Shown here piece after piece: positions 49,692-59,365 of a stretch of 64,000 nucleotides of DNA. The position numbers and the translations under genes were made by a program. This DNA is from a bacterium. Its GTDB lineage: Bacteria > UBA8248. Each line of letters begins with the position of its first letter. Position 1 is the first letter of the stretch. The DNA is taken from assembly GCA_965213625.1 (NCBI GenBank), contig CBDBZU010000004.1, positions 96,001 through 160,000 on the forward strand, in the 5' to 3' direction. The notes beneath the pieces are model-generated. The model saw only the letters and a list, made by a program, of their open reading frames with translations. It searched no databases and had not been told where the DNA came from.

Positions 49692-49847
49692 ATACTAGTC
49701 TGCACGCCCCCTTGTCAACAGGCTCAAGTCCTTTTTTCATCCGGCATTAACAAGCATCCGCCCCCGCGTTGCCGCTCCGGTATTCCAGGGCGTATAATCG
49801 GCCCCCATCAAGCGCGCGTTACCGCCCCCTTCATCGAAGGAAATCCC

Positions 49848-50699
49848 TTGTCACCCGACTACGCCCTCTCGGCGCATCTGTTCGCCTATGAACCGCTTCG
49901 CTTTGAGCACCTGAAAGAGGCGGCCGAGGCCGGTTTCCGGAAAATCGAGCTGTGGGCGATGACGCCCAATTTCGACGTAAGCGATGTCGCGAAGCTCAAA
50001 ACCCTCAAAAGTCGGCTGGCGGACCTCTCCCTCACGACATCCACCTTCCATGCGCCCTTTTACGCCGATCTGAGCGATGCGAGAGCCGGACGCTGGCTCT
50101 CCCTCGCCGATCCTGAGGCAGATGCGCGTGAGGCGGCCATCGAGAAAACGATTCGGGCTCTTCGCGCATTCCGCCCCCTGGGCGCGCGCGTGGTTATCAT
50201 TCATCCGAGTGCGCCGGGTAAGGCGGGGGATGGGGATACCTACGAAGCCCTGGAAGATAGCATCGAGCGGCTCCTGCCCGTGGCGGAGGAGACCGACACG
50301 GTTTTGGCGCTCGAAAACATCCCCTCCGCCCTGGGCCGTGCGGAACCGCTGGCAGGGTTCGTCGGGCGGATCGACCACCCGAGACTAAAAATCTGCATCG
50401 ACACCGGCCACGCCCTCATCACCGAGTGGGAAAACACCAAAAGCGCCATCGAGCGGCTGGCGCCCTTTTGCGCCGCAACGCATCTGCACGACAACGACGG
50501 CAGGAACGACGCGCACCTGATTCCCGGCGAGGGCGCGTTCGAGTGGCCCTCTTTCTTCACGACGCTCGACGCTCAAAACTATTCGGGAACGCTTGCGCTC
50601 GAACTCAGGAGAAAAGAAGAACCCTACGCCAAGACGCTGACCGACGCAGCGCGCGCCATAAAGGCCCTCGCCTCACACATCAAGCCGAATCCCGCATGA
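49848..50699 (+). CDS. Sugar phosphate isomerase/epimerase (xylose isomerase-like TIM barrel)
   Basis: FHAPF, LALEN, IDTGHA and HLHDN.G..DAHL.PG.G motifs. Confidence 0.88.
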   Translation: MSPDYALSAHLFAYEPLRFEHLKEAAEAGFRKIELWAMTPNFDVSDVAKLKTLKSRLADLSLTTSTFHAPFYADLSDARAGRWLSLADPEADAREAAIEKTIRALRAFRPLGARVVIIHPSAPGKAGDGDTYEALEDSIERLLPVAEETDTVLALENIPSALGRAEPLAGFVGRIDHPRLKICIDTGHALITEWENTKSAIERLAPFCAATHLHDNDGRNDAHLIPGEGAFEWPSFFTTLDAQNYSGTLALELRRKEEPYAKTLTDAARAIKALASHIKPNPA

Positions 50700-51718
50700 A
50701 GGCGAACATCGCGGAGCAGACACGAGCACACGAGCACCTGAAAACCTTGGCGCGCGCGCATTTCGGCGTCGGCGTTTCTTCTATAACCCCGCTTACCGGC
50801 GACGCATCGACACGCGACTACGCCCGGCTCATCCACGCAGGCGGCACTTACCCAAGTTCTATCGGGATGATCATGCCGGAGCCTTTTCGCAAGGAGACGC
50901 TCCCCTTCATCGACGTGCAGGCGCATTTGGGGGAGATCGGCGTGAAAGTACCTGAAATTTACGCGGTGAATGAGGAGGCGGGCGTCATACTGCTGGAGGA
51001 CTGCGGCGATGAATCGCTCGAAGACGCATGGCGGGGCGGCGGATGGGAGCGGGCGGAACCGCTCTACTCAACCGCCATGGATATAATGGCCGCCATGCAG
51101 GAAGCTCCGGGCGCGCCCGCAGTCGGGAGAATCGCGCTCACGCGGCGCTTCGACGCTGAATTCTTCACGAACGAACTTCACCACACCCGTAAATACGCCT
51201 TCGAAAGCCTCCTGGGGATGGAAACGGATGAGCGCACCCTGGATGCGGCGTTCCGCTCGTTGTGCGAAGAGATCTGCCGGATTCCGTTTCGCCTCACGCA
51301 CCGCGACTACCACAGCAGGAACCTGATGGTGCGGGACGATGCGGTTTTCGCCATCGATTTTCAGGACGCGCGCATGGGGCCCGCCACCTACGATTTAGCG
51401 TCTCTCGTCTTCGACAGCTACGTCGATCTCGGAACCGAGGCGCGGGATTACCTCACCGTCCGCTACTGGGAGACTTGCGGCCACCGCCTCTTCTCGGCTA
51501 AAGAAGAATACGAACGCGCCCTGCGGGCTACCGCCATACAGAGAAACTTGAAGGCCATCGGCACTTTCGCCTATCAAAAGGCGGTGCGCGGAGCGGAACG
51601 CTATCTGGAGAGCATTCCGCATACCGCCAGGATGGTGGAGAAACATTTCGAGAAGAGGAAGGACTTGGGACCTCTCCACACATTGCTCGAACCTTTCCTC
51701 GACGCGCTTCTCAAATAA
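50696..51718 (+). CDS. amgK: AmgK-like anomeric MurNAc/GlcNAc kinase (APH fold)
   Basis: GDASTRDYAR, LLEDCGD, HRDYHSRNLM, IDFQDARMGP..YDLASL and QRNLKAIGTF motifs. Confidence 0.78.
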   Translation: MKANIAEQTRAHEHLKTLARAHFGVGVSSITPLTGDASTRDYARLIHAGGTYPSSIGMIMPEPFRKETLPFIDVQAHLGEIGVKVPEIYAVNEEAGVILLEDCGDESLEDAWRGGGWERAEPLYSTAMDIMAAMQEAPGAPAVGRIALTRRFDAEFFTNELHHTRKYAFESLLGMETDERTLDAAFRSLCEEICRIPFRLTHRDYHSRNLMVRDDAVFAIDFQDARMGPATYDLASLVFDSYVDLGTEARDYLTVRYWETCGHRLFSAKEEYERALRATAIQRNLKAIGTFAYQKAVRGAERYLESIPHTARMVEKHFEKRKDLGPLHTLLEPFLDALLK

Positions 51719-51733
51719 AGGAGTCATTCTCAG

Positions 51734-52327
51734 TTGGATTTCCTGAAATCGACATTTCTCACGTCGGTGGAGCTTTGTCTCTATGATTTTCCGCACCCCA
51801 CCGAAATACCGCCGAGCGAGGCGAGAATCGAGGTGGAGCACATCATCCTCGACGAGGCGTCTGAGAATCGCCACCTGATAACCGAGGTTCAGGGCGAGAG
51901 CCTGACGGGGAGGCGCTTCGAGCGGGGCGAGAAGTGCTTCGTCGCGCTCGAAGACGGCAAGGCGGTGAGCTACATCTGGGGCGCGCGCGGCGTGGTGGGC
52001 GTCGAGGAAATCGACAAGGGCGTGAAGCCCGAGGCCAAGGAGATATACCTCTACGATGCTTTCACCCTGGAGCCCTGGCGGGGAAAAAACCTCTACCCCG
52101 CCGTGCTCAGGCGCGCGCTGGAATACGGCGAGAAGCTGGGCCTCACGCGCTCGCTCATTTTCGTGGAGGCGAAGAACACGCCATCGAGGCGCGGGGTGGA
52201 CAAGGCGGGCTTCATCCAGTTTCAGACGCTCTACCACAACCGGTTTTTCGTCTTCACCCGCTCGAACCTCTCGGACCCCCTGGAGGGGCACCCGTCGGCC
52301 ACGTTCGTCGGTCTGGAGTTCGCGTAG
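51734..52327 (+). CDS. GNAT-family acetyltransferase
   Basis: YLYDAFT.EPWRGKNL and N.PSRRG..KAGF motifs. Confidence 0.8.
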   Translation: MDFLKSTFLTSVELCLYDFPHPTEIPPSEARIEVEHIILDEASENRHLITEVQGESLTGRRFERGEKCFVALEDGKAVSYIWGARGVVGVEEIDKGVKPEAKEIYLYDAFTLEPWRGKNLYPAVLRRALEYGEKLGLTRSLIFVEAKNTPSRRGVDKAGFIQFQTLYHNRFFVFTRSNLSDPLEGHPSATFVGLEFA

Positions 52328-52376
52328 CGGACAAAATCAACGCGCCCACAGGCGCGATGGATGCGAAGGAATCCCG

Positions 52377-53396
52377 ATGTCGCAAAGTTCATGCTCCTCA
52401 TTGCAGTTAGAAAAATACACGTCGCCCGAGGCGTTCACGGAGTTAGAAGCCGAGTGGCGCGCGCTCATGGCGCGCTCCGCCCACGCGCACCCGTTCTACG
52501 ACCCCGCGTGGCACGCCGCGTGGTGGCGGAACTTCGGCGCGGGCGAGCTGCGCGTCTACGCCCTGCGGGATGAGAACGGCGCGCTCGCCGGCGTGGCGCC
52601 CTTCGTCCTGAGCGAGGGCGGACGCCTGCGCTTAACAGGAGGGGACGACCTCTCGGATTACCTCGACATCATCGCCGCAGACGGTGCGCACCTCGCCTGC
52701 TGGCGGGCGGTTCTCGCAGCCCTGGGTGAGCCGGACGCGCCCGATTGGCGCGAACTCTCCCTGCGCGGGATTCCCGAGACCTCCCCTACCATCGCGGCTA
52801 TCGAGGAGTTGACGGGCGGGGCGGCCTCGATATCCGAAGAAGAAGTCTGCCCCGTCATCGCGCTTCCCGATTCATGGGATGAATACACCGGGATGCTCGC
52901 CCCCCGGGACGAGCGCGACCTGAGGCGGAAGATACGAAAAGCCAACATGGAGGCGGGACTGGAATACGAGAGAACCGAATCGGCGGACGCGCTGGCCGCC
53001 GATCTGGAAGACTTCATCACCCTCCACGCACTGAGCCAGCAGGAAAAGGCGGATTTCTGGAACGCCGACAGAAGGGCCTTTTTCGGTGACGTGACACAGG
53101 CGATGCTCGCGCTTGGCTGTCTGGACTTGAGCGTCATGCGTGTGGACGGCCATCCCGTCGCCGCCAATCTCTCGTTCGATTACGGCGACCGGATATATCT
53201 GTACAACTCGGGCTTCGACCCTGTGGAGCACGAACTGAGCGCGGGCCTGGTGCTGCTCGCCCACAACGTGGAAGAGGCGATTCAGGCGGGGCGCGCGTCG
53301 TTCGACATGTTGCGGGGCGATGAGGCCTACAAATACCGCTACGGCGCGCAGGATGAGCGCGTGATGCGCGCTTTGATCGAGAGGAGCGGACTATGA
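52377..53396 (+). CDS. GNAT-family protein (CelD/BcsL, Acetyltransf_6 type)
   Basis: SDYLD, LP.SWDEY, YNSGFD..S.G.VL and FDMLRGDEAYKY motifs. Confidence 0.85.
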   Translation: MSQSSCSSLQLEKYTSPEAFTELEAEWRALMARSAHAHPFYDPAWHAAWWRNFGAGELRVYALRDENGALAGVAPFVLSEGGRLRLTGGDDLSDYLDIIAADGAHLACWRAVLAALGEPDAPDWRELSLRGIPETSPTIAAIEELTGGAASISEEEVCPVIALPDSWDEYTGMLAPRDERDLRRKIRKANMEAGLEYERTESADALAADLEDFITLHALSQQEKADFWNADRRAFFGDVTQAMLALGCLDLSVMRVDGHPVAANLSFDYGDRIYLYNSGFDPVEHELSAGLVLLAHNVEEAIQAGRASFDMLRGDEAYKYRYGAQDERVMRALIERSGL

Positions 53397-54697
53397 CCCC
53401 TGAGTCGACCCGTCTCGCCATCCTCTCGATGCACACCGACCCGCTCGCTCCCCTGGGAGGGGACCTGACGGGCGGGATGAACGTATACGCCCGCGAGATC
53501 GCAAAGGCGTTCGCAAGCCTCGGCGTACAGGCGGACGTCTTCACCCGCCTGGAATCGGACTCGTCCGCCAGAGAAGTTCCCATCGCCGACGGCGCGCGCC
53601 TCATACGGGTCGAAGCGGGACCAAAGGATAGGCTCGACAAGGACGCGCAAGTCGAATGGACCGACGACTTCGCCGAGGGGATTCTCGCCTTCGCGGAAGA
53701 AGACGGGGCGCGTTACGATGGCGTTTCCGCGCATTACTGGCTTTCGGGCCTTTCCGGCGAGATATTGGCCGAAACGTGGGGCGTTCCCCTCGCAGTTCGC
53801 TTCCACACCCTGGCCGCGCTTAAAAACGACGCGCTGCCCGCAGACACCAGGCGCGAGTCGGATATACGACTGGCGAGCGAACCCCGGCTCGCACAGTCGG
53901 CGGATTCAGCTTTCGCATCATCGCCCGACGAGGCGCGTGCGATTGGGGAGATATCGGGCGGGGCGGAAGTCCACGTCGTCCCCTGCGGGGTGGACCTCGA
54001 AACCTTCTTTCCCCATCCCAAGACAGAGGCGCGCGCGCGTCTTGGCTTCGAGCCTTATGACACATACGTCCTGAGCGTGGGCCGCATCGAGCGCGTGAAG
54101 GGACTGGATCGCCTGATCGAGGCCTTCGCCGTCATGCGCCGGGAACGACCGGGGCTGGATGCGCGTCTTCTGCACGTAGGCGGCGAGATAAGAAAAGGCG
54201 CGGTGAGAATCGGCGGAAGTTACCACGCAGGGGATTTCGCCTCGCAAACACAGGGAGCGGAAGTCGCTCGCCTGGAGAAACTCGCGCGCAGGCTCGGCGT
54301 TGCGGACGCCGTCATCTTCACGGGCGCAAAGCCGCAAGAGGCGCTCCCGCTTTACTATTCCGCAGCCGACGTCTTCGCGCTGCCGTCGCGCTACGAGAGC
54401 TTCGGCATGACGGCCGTCGAGGCGGCCGCGTGCGGACTGCCCACACTCGCCTTCGACGTGGGCGGCATCTCCCAAGCTGTGAGCGAGGGCGTGAGCGGCC
54501 ACCTCATCGCGGACGGCGACACGAACGCCTACGCGCGGAAAATGACGGAAATGCTCGAAAACCCCCCTGAGCGACCCAGCCGGGCGGCTACCAGGTGGGC
54601 GGAATCGTTCGCCTGGACGCGGATCGCGGAGGCGGAGTTCGACGTATGGGCGCGCCTGCGTCACGAGGCCGCGCTCTCATCACCCCACGCATCATAG
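53393..54697 (+). CDS. GT4 glycosyltransferase, MshA-like
   Basis: SMHTDPL...GG..GGMNVY, HYWLSG, HTLAALKN and PSRYESFG motifs as in D-inositol-3-phosphate glycosyltransferases. Confidence 0.85.
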   Translation: MTPESTRLAILSMHTDPLAPLGGDLTGGMNVYAREIAKAFASLGVQADVFTRLESDSSAREVPIADGARLIRVEAGPKDRLDKDAQVEWTDDFAEGILAFAEEDGARYDGVSAHYWLSGLSGEILAETWGVPLAVRFHTLAALKNDALPADTRRESDIRLASEPRLAQSADSAFASSPDEARAIGEISGGAEVHVVPCGVDLETFFPHPKTEARARLGFEPYDTYVLSVGRIERVKGLDRLIEAFAVMRRERPGLDARLLHVGGEIRKGAVRIGGSYHAGDFASQTQGAEVARLEKLARRLGVADAVIFTGAKPQEALPLYYSAADVFALPSRYESFGMTAVEAAACGLPTLAFDVGGISQAVSEGVSGHLIADGDTNAYARKMTEMLENPPERPSRAATRWAESFAWTRIAEAEFDVWARLRHEAALSSPHAS

Positions 54698-54715
54698 ACA
54701 AGGAAGGAAACGCTA

Positions 54716-55408
54716 GTGAGTCACACGGAATTCAGGAACATTCTCGTCATCGTCGCCCACCCTGACGATGCGGAACTATCCTCGGGAGGCAGCATCGCCC
54801 GCTGGACGCAGGAGGGCGCCACCGTGCGGACGGTCGTCTGCACGAACGGGGACAAGGGCACGAAGGACGACATCAGCCCCTTCGACCTGGCCAAGATACG
54901 CGAGGCGGAACAACTCGAAGCCTCCCGCATTCTGGGCGTTGCGGAGACGATCTTCCTGCGCCACCGCGACGGGGAGCTCGAGGACACGCGCGCGTTCAGG
55001 AACCAGATCGCCTTCCTGATCCGCCACTTCAAGCCCGACACCATCCTGACCCACGACCCCTGGCGCACCTACTACCAGCACCCCGACCACCAGGCCATCG
55101 GACACGCCACGTTCAAGGCGGTGGTCTACGCGCGGGATCACCATTTCCTGCCCGAACTCACCTACGCAGGCATCGAGGCGCACCACACGAACAACCTCCT
55201 CTTTATCAATACGCGCGTACCCAACTTCTTCGTGGACATTACGGAGACCTTCGATACGAAAGTCCGCGCGGTGTGCGCGCACAAGTGCCAGATCAAGAAT
55301 CCGAAAGCATTCGAGAAACGTACGCGCCAGCGCCTCGAAGACGCAGGATCCGCGGCGGGCCTCCCGATGGCGGAGCCTTTCGTCATCACTAGGATGCGCG
55401 AGGGCTAG
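54716..55408 (+). CDS. PIG-L family deacetylase (MshB/BshB-like)
   Basis: AHPDDAE, T.GDKG, R.AEQ and HPDH motifs. Confidence 0.9.
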   Translation: MSHTEFRNILVIVAHPDDAELSSGGSIARWTQEGATVRTVVCTNGDKGTKDDISPFDLAKIREAEQLEASRILGVAETIFLRHRDGELEDTRAFRNQIAFLIRHFKPDTILTHDPWRTYYQHPDHQAIGHATFKAVVYARDHHFLPELTYAGIEAHHTNNLLFINTRVPNFFVDITETFDTKVRAVCAHKCQIKNPKAFEKRTRQRLEDAGSAAGLPMAEPFVITRMREG

Positions 55409-55417
55409 GGCGCGCGC

Positions 55418-56515
55418 ATGAACGAAGAGGCGCCCGAGGTCAGAGCCGGGCAGCACGTCATGGCCGGTTTCGAGGGGTCAGCGGCCCCGGCTTCCCTCCT
55501 GGCTCGCATAAGAGCGGGCCGCATCGGCGGCGTCATCCTCTTCAAGAGAAACATCGAGTCCGCCGGGCAAACCGCCGCGCTCATCGCCTCCTTGCAATCT
55601 GCAGCCCTCACCTCACCGCTCGAAGCGCCCCTGCTCGTGGGAATCGATCAAGAGGGCGGACGCGTGAGCAGGCTCTCTGGTGACTTCACCACCTTCCCGG
55701 CGGCACGGAGTTTCGGGGACACAGGCGCCCCCGCCCTCGTAAGGGAAGCGGCAAGGGTCACCGGGGCCGAGCTGGAGGCGGTCGGCGTGAACGTAAACTT
55801 CTCGCCCACCGTGGACATCTTGACGAACGCAGATTCCGCCGTCATCGGCGACCGCGCATTCGGGACTACTCCAGAGGTCGTCGGCCTGATGGGTGCGGCC
55901 ACAGCCACCAGTCTCCAGGAGGAAGGCGTCGCAGCCTGCGCCAAGCATTTCCCCGGCATCGGGGACATGGCGCCCGACCCACACGACGTGCTGCCGACTT
56001 CCGGCCTCACGCTCGATGATTTGAGGGCTCGCGAACTGCTGCCATTCCAGCACCTCATCCGCCGCGCACCGCCCGCCTGCGTCATGGTGGCCCACGCGGA
56101 CTTTCAAGAGATAGACGCTGCCGCGCCCGCGAGCTTATCCCCCCTTTTCTTTCAAGAGGTTCTGCGCGAGGAACTCGGTTTCCGGGGCGTCGCGATCACC
56201 GACGACCTCGACATGGGCGCGATAGACGACCCCGCAGAGGCCGCGCTTCGAAGCATCGTCGCCGGGGCCGACATCGCCCTCATCTGTCATTCGGAAGATG
56301 CGCAGGAGAGCGCCTGCGACGCCATCGCGCGAGCCATCCGGGAGAATTCCATGCTCCCCGAGCAGGAGGCGGCCTCATCGGACCGGATACGCAGGCTCAA
56401 GGAGAGCTATTGCCGCCCGAACTGGCGCGCGGAGATGCTCGAAGTAATCGGGTGTGAGGAACATCAAAGAGCGAGAGAGAGGATTCTCGCGGCTTTGGAG
56501 AAAGCCAGGCGGTGA
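55418..56515 (+). CDS. nagZ: Beta-N-acetylhexosaminidase (GH3)
   Basis: GGVILFKRN, DQEGGRV, KHFPGIG....DPH and TDDL.MGA motifs. Confidence 0.88.
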   Translation: MNEEAPEVRAGQHVMAGFEGSAAPASLLARIRAGRIGGVILFKRNIESAGQTAALIASLQSAALTSPLEAPLLVGIDQEGGRVSRLSGDFTTFPAARSFGDTGAPALVREAARVTGAELEAVGVNVNFSPTVDILTNADSAVIGDRAFGTTPEVVGLMGAATATSLQEEGVAACAKHFPGIGDMAPDPHDVLPTSGLTLDDLRARELLPFQHLIRRAPPACVMVAHADFQEIDAAAPASLSPLFFQEVLREELGFRGVAITDDLDMGAIDDPAEAALRSIVAGADIALICHSEDAQESACDAIARAIRENSMLPEQEAASSDRIRRLKESYCRPNWRAEMLEVIGCEEHQRARERILAALEKARR

Positions 56516-56766
56516 GGGGGTTGTTGAAAAAGTCCTCCTCAAAGGGAAACTGCCTGTAGAGCATTCGTCGCCCTTGCCCGTAATACCATCTTCATCCCGA
56601 GTAGGCGCGCTTGCGCGCCGTATCGAGGGGCGCCCTTCGATACGCCGCCTTCGGCGGCTACTCAGGGTGAGGTCAATACGGCGGCATGTAAGACGATGGC
56701 TTGACCCGACCGAAAAGGGAGGGTCAAATGCCCCCGCTCCCAATACCGGCTTTTTAACACCCCCTC
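56514..56766. mobile_element. MITE-like element C enclosing a four-way palindromic repeat
   Basis: Ends GAGGGGGTTGTTGAAAAAG / CTTTTTAACACCCCCTC. The internal segment 56592-56670 folds into an outer stem plus three hairpins. Confidence 0.62.
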
Positions 56767-56772
56767 TGCCCA

Positions 56773-57834
56773 TCACACGTTGAAGCGTACGTGAAAGATG
56801 TCGCCGTCTTTTACGACGTATTCCTTGCCTTCCAGCCTCAAGGTTCCCCTGTCCCGCGCGGCTGACAACGAGCCCGCCGCCATGAAGTCGGGATACGAGA
56901 TGACCTCCGCGCGAATGAAGCCGCGCTCGAGATCGGAGTGAATCGTCCCCGCCGCATGGAGCGCGACCGTGCCCGCTCGAATCGGCCAGGAGCGAACCTC
57001 ATCCTCCCCCACGGTGAAGAAACACCTGAGATTGAGCAAGGAGAACGACGCATGAACCACCTTGTCGAGCGCTGAGGATTCGAGGTCGTAATCCGCCAAA
57101 AATTCCGCCTGCTCCTCACCGGGCAACTGCGCGAGTTCCTCCTCAAGACGCGCGGCCAAGGCGACGGGCGTCTCGCCTTTCAGCTTGGCGAAAGCGTCCG
57201 CCTCTCCCAGTTGCTCCTCGCCCACGTTCACCACCACGAGGAGCGGCTTGGCGGAGAGAAATCCAAACCCTTTGATAATACGCGTTTCATCTTCACCCAG
57301 ATCGAGCGCGCGTACCGGGCGGCTGTCTTCGAGCACCTCGCGGATGCGGCCCAGCAGGGCGAACTCGGCAGCCTCGGCCGCGTCTTTCTTGACGCGCACC
57401 AGCTTCTCCAGCCGCTCCATGCGGCGCTCGACGACCGAGAGGTCACGCAACATCAGGTCGAAGCGCACGTCCGCCAGATCGCGCGCGGGGTCGATGCTCT
57501 CCCTGGGATGCGGAACGCCCGCGTCCTCGAAGGCGCGCACGACCACCAGCAGCGCGTCCGCACCCTCCAGCGCCTGCGGGATGGCCTCGGCGTTCTTGGC
57601 AGCGCCCCCGTCTCCCACGCCGGCATCCACGAAATTGACGCCCGCGTATGTCGTTTTCTTGGGGCTGAAAACCCCGCTCAGGGCGTCCACCCGCGCGTCC
57701 GCCACCGCCGCCGCGCCGATGTTCACGCGCGCGGCGCCGTAGCCCCCCGTGGAGGCCGCGCCGCCCGTGAGCGCGTTGAACAGCGTCGTCTTGCCGCTGG
57801 CTGCGGGACCGATGATGCCTATCTTCAAATTCAA
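56773..57834 (-). CDS. ychF: Obg-like ATPase YchF
   Basis: G....GKTTLFNALT, FFTVG.DEVR.W, IHSD.ERGFIRAEV and EGKEYVVKDGD motifs. Confidence 0.93.
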   Translation of the reverse strand: MNLKIGIIGPAASGKTTLFNALTGGAASTGGYGAARVNIGAAAVADARVDALSGVFSPKKTTYAGVNFVDAGVGDGGAAKNAEAIPQALEGADALLVVVRAFEDAGVPHPRESIDPARDLADVRFDLMLRDLSVVERRMERLEKLVRVKKDAAEAAEFALLGRIREVLEDSRPVRALDLGEDETRIIKGFGFLSAKPLLVVVNVGEEQLGEADAFAKLKGETPVALAARLEEELAQLPGEEQAEFLADYDLESSALDKVVHASFSLLNLRCFFTVGEDEVRSWPIRAGTVALHAAGTIHSDLERGFIRAEVISYPDFMAAGSLSAARDRGTLRLEGKEYVVKDGDIFHVRFNV

Positions 57835-58054
57835 GCTCCTGATTGAACCATGAACGAACAAACGCGCGGGAGTGTATGGGAACGGGGGCAAGAGGTCAAA
57901 AGGGTCAGCCCCGATGGGAATGTAGGAGCGGACCCGCGCGTCCCTCCGCGTAACAGGGTTTTTGCCACCTGAACTTTCCGCAGCACCATTAATACAGCCC
58001 CTTCCGGTGTGAGCCGGAAGGGGTTTTGTTGTTGTGTCAAACTCGACTGAGGAT

Positions 58055-58231
58055 GGGTTGTTGAAAAATCCGGCCCTAGGAGCGGGCGATATGTAATCTC
58101 ACGCGGCGGTGAAGGGGAAGCCAGCTCGGAGCGAGCAAGTGTGATTGGTGTGTAGGTCAGACATATATGCGACCCCTTCAACTTCACATCCGTCGAACCG
58201 ATTCACGAAATCAGGGTTTTTCAACAACCCC
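58055..58231. mobile_element. MITE-like element D
   Basis: Ends GGGTTGTTGAAAAATCC / GGGTTTTTCAACAACCCC. Internal GTGTAGGTCAGACATATATGCGACCCC resembles element B. Confidence 0.65.
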
Positions 58232-58274
58232 GAATAAGGGAGGGTACTGATAGATAATAGAGGGGGCGAGACTC

Positions 58275-58507
58275 ACTCCTCCTTGAGGGGTTTGACGATG
58301 AATATGGTCAGGATTCAACGAGCGCGATCCTCGCGCAGCATGACTACGCTGTCGGTCTGCCGCATATCGAGCGTCCGGGAGAGGAGTTACCGTGTGCGCT
58401 CTCAAAACCTCCTTCTTCGGTCGGTTTTGACCCTGACAAGGGGGGGTAGGGGGGGTTGCTTTTACTCACTCAAGAACTTTTTCAACAGCCCCCTCAAGGG
58501 GGGAGTG
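58275..58507. mobile_element. MITE-like element E (degenerate left end)
   Basis: CACTCCTCCTTGAGGGG on the left is inverted to TTTTTCAACAGCCCCCTCAAGGGGGGAGTG on the right. Confidence 0.5.
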
Positions 58508-58569
58508 GTTCCTGGTAAACTCATCTTGTCGCAAAAGAAAGGGTGATGGGGTGTGCTCTCTGATAAAGC

Positions 58570-59226
58570 TTATTGTTCGTCGAGTTTTTGAAGCTCCTGC
58601 TCCGCCAAGGAAATCAGGCTTTCATCACCGGCATTGCCAGCCAAGTCAAGTGCGGTCGTTAAGTCTTCTCGCGCTTCATCTGCAAAACCCAATTCAGCTT
58701 TCGCTATCCCCCGGCTGATGTAGCAGGTTTCGACACAGTGAATCATCCAAAGGTCTTTATTAGAGCGTTTTTTATTCCTATAGCTAGAAATAGCTCTATC
58801 AAAATCCTCAACAGCAGCCTCGTAATCACCCATCATGGCCTCTGCGAGACCACGATTTCGGTATGCTTCGCCTAAGTTTCGGTCTAGTCGGAGAACCTCG
58901 TCGAAAGCCCTGGTAGCAGCTTGAGGATGGGCCGACTCCAGGTAAACGCGACCCGCTGATATCATACGTTCAATTTCGAAACCCGGAGCTGTCCAACTGG
59001 CAAGGATAATTATGCCAATCGATGTAGTTAGAAGAATTACCCCTATGACGACCAGCAACAAGACAAGAATGCCTGCCAGAGAATTAAGCTCTTGCAACCA
59101 AACATTTACAGCCACCCCCACTACTATAGAAACAGAAACAATTATACTGATAAGCGTCGACTCTCTCGAAGTCAACATCTTCCATATCCACCACCAAATT
59201 TTTTGATGTTTTTCGTCTAAAGCCAT
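58570..59226 (-). CDS. Membrane-anchored TPR protein
   Basis: Two N-terminal TM helices, then TPR motifs (AYRNRGLA...GDYEAAVEDFDRAI; YISRGIAK..LG...AREDL). Visibly AT-richer DNA. Confidence 0.8.
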   Translation of the reverse strand: MALDEKHQKIWWWIWKMLTSRESTLISIIVSVSIVVGVAVNVWLQELNSLAGILVLLLVVIGVILLTTSIGIIILASWTAPGFEIERMISAGRVYLESAHPQAATRAFDEVLRLDRNLGEAYRNRGLAEAMMGDYEAAVEDFDRAISSYRNKKRSNKDLWMIHCVETCYISRGIAKAELGFADEAREDLTTALDLAGNAGDESLISLAEQELQKLDEQ

Positions 59227-59365
59227 TATCCTTGACTGGGCACTCTTCTGAAAAAAGTGCAAGATTTCGACAATCCTGAATTCATCATCAACCATCTAAC
59301 TCGTTGTCTCCATCAATCGACTTTCTGAAATGGACTTCACATGCGCGTCAATCTGAAAACACCCC

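Noticed and set aside
53393-55408. Calling mshA/mshB and asserting mycothiol synthesis
   Set aside because: No MshC is in the window and the PIG-L protein is generic, so the acceptor and product cannot be determined from sequence.
42239-58507. Repeated GTTGTTGAAAAA motif considered as a CRISPR repeat
   Set aside because: Copies are kilobases apart and in inverted pairs, not a tandem repeat-spacer array, and there are no cas genes.
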